Shown piece after piece: positions 58,404 through 64,000 of a stretch of DNA of 64,000 nt. The stretch is from the NCBI GenBank assembly GCA_964504535.1, contig CAZDED010000002.1:82673-146672 (forward strand), read 5' to 3'. Source of the DNA: an uncultured Gammaproteobacteria bacterium. Its GTDB lineage: Bacteria; Patescibacteriota; Microgenomatia; Levybacterales; GWA1-39-11. A model generated the notes under the pieces. The model saw only the letters and a program-made list of their open reading frames with translations. It ran no database searches and was not told where the DNA came from. How positions within the stretch are numbered: the stretch's first letter is position 1; the number at the start of each line of letters is the position of its first letter. The position numbers were made by a program, and so were the translations under genes.

Positions 58404-59447
58404 ATGAAGGCATTTGAAAAAGTTTCAATAATTATTGTCAATTGGAATGGTGCTCAGCATCTTAAAAAATGTTTGCCAACACTTGAAAAAATTAATTATC
58501 CAAATTTTGAAATAATATTTGTTGATAATGCATCTCAAGACGAGTCAATAGATCTTATAAAAACATTTGCAAAGAGGATGCAACCGCGAAATGTAAAAAT
58601 TAAGACGGTTGTTAACAAAAAGAATTTAGGATTTGCAGGGGGGAATAATGCAGGTCTTAAATCGGTTACTGGTAAATATATCCTGCTTCTTAATAATGAC
58701 ACTACTGTTACGAAAAACTTCATCAAGGAACTTGTTGGAGTAATTGAAAAAAATCCGTCCGTCGATTGCGTTCAATCAAAGATACTATCCATGAACTATC
58801 CTGAAAAACTTGATTCTGTAGGGGCTTATCTCACAAACACTGGTTTTCTATACCACTACGGTTATTTCCAAAAAAATAAATTGTCATATGACTCAACCCG
58901 TGATCTCTATACAGCCAAAGGCGCATGCATGATGGTGAAGAAAGAAATTGTAGATAAAATAGGATTGTTCGATCCTGACTTTTTTGCTTACTTTGAAGAA
59001 TCTGATTTTTGTCACCGTATATGGTTGTCCGGAGGAAGAGTGATGTATGCTCCAAAATCAGTTATTTATCACAAGGTTGGTGGAACTTCGAATTCAATGA
59101 ATAATGCATTCATTCAATTCCACTCATTTAAAAATCGCATCAATTCTTACTTGAAGAATTTGGGAACCTTAGAACTTATAAAAATATTACCGCTGCATCT
59201 CTTGTTATGTGAGCTTGCGGCTGTAAGCTTTGTTCCAAAAGGTCGGGTGGATTTATTTATTGCTATCAATAAAGCAATTTATTGGAATGCATTAAATATT
59301 AAAAAAACTCTAAAAAAAAGAAAAAAGATACAGCATGTTTTGCGTACTGTGCCGGATTCAAAATTCATGAAAAATATAAAGAGAAGTCCGGGAGCCCGTT
59401 ATTACTATTATTTATTTGCAAAAAGCCTCGTGGGGTATAGGGAATGA
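58404..59447 (+). CDS. GT2, WbbL-like
   Basis: IIVNWNG, NLGFAGGNNAG, LLNND, GACMM, FFAYFEESDF. Confidence 0.9.
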   Translation: MKAFEKVSIIIVNWNGAQHLKKCLPTLEKINYPNFEIIFVDNASQDESIDLIKTFAKRMQPRNVKIKTVVNKKNLGFAGGNNAGLKSVTGKYILLLNNDTTVTKNFIKELVGVIEKNPSVDCVQSKILSMNYPEKLDSVGAYLTNTGFLYHYGYFQKNKLSYDSTRDLYTAKGACMMVKKEIVDKIGLFDPDFFAYFEESDFCHRIWLSGGRVMYAPKSVIYHKVGGTSNSMNNAFIQFHSFKNRINSYLKNLGTLELIKILPLHLLLCELAAVSFVPKGRVDLFIAINKAIYWNALNIKKTLKKRKKIQHVLRTVPDSKFMKNIKRSPGARYYYYLFAKSLVGYRE

Positions 59448-61579
59448 AAAAACTTGTTGGAGTCTGGTTGTTTTACTTTGTCATTATTGCTTTTTTCTAC
59501 AGAAATTCCCTGTATTCGTATTTTGAAGGGGATGAATGGTACTATTTTTCAATTTTTTTGCCTTTGACTCATCACCCATTTGGACTGCTTGAAACCTTTA
59601 TTAAAAGTTTTACAGAGTCCAATACTATTTCAGGAGGTGGACATGTTGCCCCTCTCTACAATGTTATCTGGTTTCTGCTTAACAAGTTTTTTGGTTTGAA
59701 TTTCAAATATTACATTATTTTTAGTCTTCTTACGCATACCTTTAACACGTTCTTCTTATATATATTTACAAAAGGAATTATTAAAAACAGACTTGTGCCA
59801 CTTCTTGCAGGTTTTATCTTTGCAATATCATGTGTACACTATGAAGCTATAACATGGGTAATGGCTGTTGTTCCAACTCAGATTTCATTACTTTTTACTC
59901 TTCTTGGGTTGATATTTTTTATCCGTAAATCGTTTGTTATAGGTCTTTTATTTTTTTTGGCAGGAGTTTTTACCAAAGAGACAGTAATTCTTGTTATGGT
60001 TCTTGCGCCACTTCTTCTCTTGCCCTTAGGAAAAAAAGAGTTCTTAAAAGGAACAGCGTTAAGTGTAATTGGAATGGTTATATATTTACCTATTCGGTTT
60101 GGTATTCCGCTTCTAGTTGATAAAACACCCGTCCATTCCCTTCATATACCCATCCAAAGCCTCTTTTTTTACCAAATACTTCTTGTAGAGAGAATGATAA
60201 CCGAAGTATTTGTATCATCAAACATATTATTAGTTCTTTCAAGGTACGTTTCAGAATATACATATCAGAAAATGCCATCTCATCTTATCCCAAAAGAGTC
60301 CCTTGAATTATTTAGTCAAAGTATTGGGGCTGATATCCTTATGTTGGCGTTAAGCCCTATTTTTATTGGCGTATGCGTTATTGTTCTGCAAAGGACATTT
60401 CGGAAAAAGAAAAACTACGAGGTTTTACTATTATCAGTTGCTCTCATTGTGACAAGCGCATTTCCTTTATTGTTTGTTCTGAATTATGCACCGTGGTGGA
60501 TTGAAGGTGCCTTCATTGATTCTCGCCATCTTTATTTGCCTTCAGTTGGGGCATCACTATTATTGTCATTAGGTGTTTACCACGTGTATAAATACTTATC
60601 AAAGCATCGGGCAAAAGGTGTCACTATTTCACTTTTTTCAATACTATGTGTGTTATGGATTTGGATACAGTATTCTGTCATTCAAAAACAAGCTGACAAA
60701 TTCGAGAACTTGTCTGTCATGAGACAAAGCTTACTAAGATCTATGCATTCGTATCTTCCACAGCTACCTCAAAAAGCGGTCATTCTTGTAGAAAGCGACA
60801 CTCCCTATTTTGGGTTTGGTGCAATTCCTCCTTTCCAGACCAATCTCGGTCAAGTCCTGGCGCTGACATATTATGAAAAAAACCAACTATCCTCTTATTT
60901 TTTTACAAAAGCTAAATATATGCAAAAGGGAATATTGGGGGAAGGAGTGGTTTCGTTAAATAATAAAACTTTTGGGTATTACCTAAGTAAAAGTAGCATG
61001 TTGAGAGATCTGGCGCTTAATAAATTCTCAATAGAAGATGTTTATGCTTATTATTGGGTTGGTGGTAGCAACGAATTACAAGATAAAACAAGAGAAACAA
61101 GAGAACTCGCGTCAACATACACATATGAAGTTGTGAAGACAAGGAATTGGAGACAGATAGTGGTAGAAGGTGATGTCAAGTTTTCTTACCCTCCTGATAG
61201 TCAGTTGACGGACGTAACAGATAACGGTGAATCATTAAAAAAATTTGAGCTACAGATCGACAATGGCTCGCTTATCACAATCAGCCTTGAAAACAAAAGT
61301 AGCAAGCTTCCTTTTCATGAATTTTTGAAATCCGAGAAAAAATCTGATCAGATCCCAAAGGATGCTGAATACTATATCAAAAACATTTTTAGAGCAAATG
61401 GCTCTGCCGTTACTGCAGTCTATATAAAATCAGGTGATTATGCGCGGTATTTTGTTCCATTCGGCAACGGGACCGGTTATTTAGAATTCAGTGCTCCTGC
61501 CAATCCTAAAGAAACTGATAGGGACATAAAATATATGAATAAAGAAATAGAGTTAGTTATAAGTACTGCCCACTTTTAA
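59444..61579 (+). CDS. putative GT-C membrane protein with long soluble C-terminal extension
   Basis: GDEWYY in the first loop, H.EAI.W, TKE, RHLYLP; about 290 aa soluble tail ending in a PsbP-like pattern (KFSYP...ELVISTAHF). Confidence 0.6.
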   Translation: MKKLVGVWLFYFVIIAFFYRNSLYSYFEGDEWYYFSIFLPLTHHPFGLLETFIKSFTESNTISGGGHVAPLYNVIWFLLNKFFGLNFKYYIIFSLLTHTFNTFFLYIFTKGIIKNRLVPLLAGFIFAISCVHYEAITWVMAVVPTQISLLFTLLGLIFFIRKSFVIGLLFFLAGVFTKETVILVMVLAPLLLLPLGKKEFLKGTALSVIGMVIYLPIRFGIPLLVDKTPVHSLHIPIQSLFFYQILLVERMITEVFVSSNILLVLSRYVSEYTYQKMPSHLIPKESLELFSQSIGADILMLALSPIFIGVCVIVLQRTFRKKKNYEVLLLSVALIVTSAFPLLFVLNYAPWWIEGAFIDSRHLYLPSVGASLLLSLGVYHVYKYLSKHRAKGVTISLFSILCVLWIWIQYSVIQKQADKFENLSVMRQSLLRSMHSYLPQLPQKAVILVESDTPYFGFGAIPPFQTNLGQVLALTYYEKNQLSSYFFTKAKYMQKGILGEGVVSLNNKTFGYYLSKSSMLRDLALNKFSIEDVYAYYWVGGSNELQDKTRETRELASTYTYEVVKTRNWRQIVVEGDVKFSYPPDSQLTDVTDNGESLKKFELQIDNGSLITISLENKSSKLPFHEFLKSEKKSDQIPKDAEYYIKNIFRANGSAVTAVYIKSGDYARYFVPFGNGTGYLEFSAPANPKETDRDIKYMNKEIELVISTAHF

Positions 61580-61628
61580 TTTAGAAAGACAATGTATATC
61601 AAATTGATTATAATGTTATGAATTAATT

Positions 61629-63032
61629 ATGCTTTTTACAGATCACTTTTTTATCCTTTACTTCTTCCCAATTTTCTTTATTTTCTATTATCTATTTCGA
61701 AGATCACTCATACTTTCAGACGTCATCCTCATAATATTTAGTCTTCTGTTTTATGCATCATTTGGAATAAATAATCTTCCAATTCTCATTATTCCCCTAT
61801 TTATAGATTATTTCGCCGGGATATATCTCCAAAAACAAAGATCAAAAAGAAAAAGAAAAATTGTACTGACTATCTTGATTGTGGGGAACTTGCTGCTACT
61901 TGGATATTACAAATATGCGCTTTTTACTATAGATAGCATTATATTGCTTCATAAAGATAATTTTTTGACTACCTTGACGTTCTATAAGAACATCATTGTC
62001 CCGGTTGGTATATCTTTTATTACATTTCAACGGATCAGTTATGAAGTAGACATTTATAGAAGAAAGATAAAGGCCTGCAAAAATCTTTTACAGTATGCCT
62101 CATATGCACTTCTCTTTCCGCATCTCATCTCAGGACCAATTGTGAGATATTCATTTATTCAAAAACAGCTAAAAAAACGAAAGCTGACATCTCTACTGAT
62201 GTTTGATGGGATGAAGTATTTTGTCATAGGACTTTGTCTCAAGTTATTGATAGCAGACAAACTTTTTATCGTAGAAAATGCCCTTTCAACGAATCTTAAG
62301 AACATCCATTCTCTTGAGGCAATTTGTCTTTTGTTCTATTTCTCATTTAGAATTTATCTGGATTTTTGCGGATACTCGCTTATAGCGATTGGACTCGCAA
62401 AGCTTATGGGATTTGAATTTCCACATAACTTTAACGCGCCTTACCAGGCTATAAATATAACTGACTTTTGGAGACGGTGGAATATCACACTTTCCGGTTG
62501 GTTGAGGGACTATCTGTATATTCCCTTGGGGGGAAATAGAAAAGGGAAGATCAGAACTTATGTGAATTTAATAATAACCATGCTTTTGGGTGGACTATGG
62601 CATGGAGCTAGCTGGAATTTTGTTCTATGGGGACTTTTACATGGAAGTTATTTAGCAATTGAACGGTTGTTAAATGACAAGAAAATTACTATACCTTTAC
62701 CACTAATTATAAAAAGATATGCAACTTTCTTGCTAGTGACAGTTACTTGGCTAACATTCCTTTTCAAAAGCCCTGGAGATATTGCCATGGAGGTGAAGAA
62801 AATCTTAGAATTGAATTTTACGCTCCCTGATCTAAGTCTTAAGTTATTGATGCAAGAGAGTATTATTGTTTTGCTCTTTGCAGTAATTTGGTCATTCTTT
62901 TTAAAAGAAGAATATATAGAAAAAATAAAACCAAATCTTTTATCTTCAATTTCACTTGTTATTCTTTTATTGGTATGTATTTATAGTGCGCTATGGAGTG
63001 CTGGTGTTCCTTTTATTTATTTTCAATTCTAG
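61629..63032 (+). CDS. MBOAT O-acyltransferase, AlgI/PatA-like
   Basis: PVGISFITFQ, FPHLISGPIVR, DFCGYS, NFNAPY, DFWRRWNITLSGWLRDYLYIPLGG, GLWHGA, FIYFQF. Confidence 0.93.
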   Translation: MLFTDHFFILYFFPIFFIFYYLFRRSLILSDVILIIFSLLFYASFGINNLPILIIPLFIDYFAGIYLQKQRSKRKRKIVLTILIVGNLLLLGYYKYALFTIDSIILLHKDNFLTTLTFYKNIIVPVGISFITFQRISYEVDIYRRKIKACKNLLQYASYALLFPHLISGPIVRYSFIQKQLKKRKLTSLLMFDGMKYFVIGLCLKLLIADKLFIVENALSTNLKNIHSLEAICLLFYFSFRIYLDFCGYSLIAIGLAKLMGFEFPHNFNAPYQAINITDFWRRWNITLSGWLRDYLYIPLGGNRKGKIRTYVNLIITMLLGGLWHGASWNFVLWGLLHGSYLAIERLLNDKKITIPLPLIIKRYATFLLVTVTWLTFLFKSPGDIAMEVKKILELNFTLPDLSLKLLMQESIIVLLFAVIWSFFLKEEYIEKIKPNLLSSISLVILLLVCIYSALWSAGVPFIYFQF

Positions 63033-63033
63033 T

Positions 63034-64000
63034 ATGAAAAAAATTATTCTTGTATTACCAATTATTGTCTGGCTGAGTCTCTTTTTATTAGAGATTTTCT
63101 CTTACTTTTTCCAACAGCCAAAGCCGATGTATTTTAGGGCTTGGGAATATGTGCTTAATCAAGGGAAGGATTCATTTTATGTCCCTTTTCAACCCAGAGC
63201 TTATTATGATGGGCCGATGACAGGTGATCTCTTGTTCACAACGAATTTTTTGCCAAAAAAGAGTGAAATCAGAAGGCAAGTTTTTATAACAGATGAATAT
63301 GGTTTTAGGAATGAAGTTGGAACTTATGCTAAAGGTGTTGACGTGGTACTTATGGGAACATCCTTTGTGGGAGGAGCAGCCGAGACTCAAGATAATCTTG
63401 TATCATCTTTGCTTAATAAAAAATACAAGATAAAAACGTACAACTATGCGACACTTCCGTTGCAACATTTCTGGGAAGATTCCCGTTTTGTAGACAAACC
63501 TCCAAAATATCTTGTGGTAATTGCAAATGAAACTGAAGCCCTGCAAAATATCTGGACTGAATTTGTTAAACCTTCAACAGTTAAGCGTGCTCTTCCTAAG
63601 TGGAGTTCACATTCAGATTGGAAAGAGAAAGAGGAAATTATTGATACCAGCTACTTAGGGATTACGACTCTTTTGAAGAGGTTTTCGATCGTCAAATATG
63701 AGTTAAGGCAAATATACCTTACCATGCTTAATTCTATTTTTCCGAGAGATATTATTGCAAACAAACTCATAAAACTAAATATTTATGATCCGGATTTGGA
63801 TATGCTTTTTTGGGATTCGAATAGCTATAATCCCCTCATCAACAAGAAAGCTGTTGATGAAACAATAACAACTCTTAAGCAGTCGCAGGAAATGCTTAAG
63901 AGTCGTAATATTACATTGGTTATGGCTGTTATGGTCTCAAAAACAACGCTGTATTCAAAAGATTTTAAAAATGTTGATCAGAAAAAAGAATCTCTGTATC
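63034..64000 (+). CDS. SGNH-like O-acetyltransferase, AlgJ/AlgX/PatB-like (runs off the window end; not in ORF track)
   Basis: Manual translation: MKKIILVLPIIVWLSLFLLE...TDEYGFRN...DVVLMGTSF...RNITLVMAVMVSKTTLY; N-terminal TM; directly after the MBOAT. Confidence 0.75.
   Translation, partial: MKKIILVLPIIVWLSLFLLEIFSYFFQQPKPMYFRAWEYVLNQGKDSFYVPFQPRAYYDGPMTGDLLFTTNFLPKKSEIRRQVFITDEYGFRNEVGTYAKGVDVVLMGTSFVGGAAETQDNLVSSLLNKKYKIKTYNYATLPLQHFWEDSRFVDKPPKYLVVIANETEALQNIWTEFVKPSTVKRALPKWSSHSDWKEKEEIIDTSYLGITTLLKRFSIVKYELRQIYLTMLNSIFPRDIIANKLIKLNIYDPDLDMLFWDSNSYNPLINKKAVDETITTLKQSQEMLKSRNITLVMAVMVSKTTLYSKDFKNVDQKKESLY

Noticed and set aside
2274-63390. Numerous 60-134 aa ORFs nested in or antisense to the long genes
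   Set aside because: Shadow frames of real CDSs with no motifs or independent start signals
1-64000. CRISPR array, transposase, integrase, prophage or rRNA
   Set aside because: No regularly spaced repeats or matching protein or RNA motifs seen by eye
1-64000. Alternative genetic code (TGA=Gly/Trp, as in Gracilibacteria/SR1)
   Set aside because: TGA terminates many full-length genes, often in ATGA overlaps, and coding density is complete under code 11

Overview
AT-rich bacterial window read with the standard code (TGA is a stop). It is most consistent with Patescibacteria/CPR, Microgenomates-like; this is an inference from a DUF5652-type gene, expanded GT-C families, no LPS genes and few Shine-Dalgarno sites. 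The first ~3.2 kb holds the 5' part of an AMP-binding (acyl-CoA synthetase-like) gene that is missing from the ORF track. It also holds two membrane-anchored hypothetical genes, a tRNA-Glu(CTC) directly followed by a degenerate tRNA-Glu-like element with two hairpin insertions, and a convergent pair of orphan genes. From 3225 to the window end is one dense cell-surface glycosylation island of at least 60 kb. It has about 22 polytopic GT-C-type proteins (ArnT/PMT-like, YfhO-like, 'PTPS-related', MptA-like, GT87-like, STT3-like twins), 10 GT2s (4 polyprenol-phosphate-sugar synthase-like), 3 GT4s and 2 Wzx-type flippases. It also has 3 NDP-sugar SDRs including galE, a DegT aminotransferase, a WecD-like acetyltransferase, 2 SAM methyltransferases and an AlgI-like MBOAT followed by a truncated SGNH protein. 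Many genes have a -10 box exactly 6 nt before the ATG, suggesting leaderless transcripts. Family calls rest on motif recognition by eye, not database searches.
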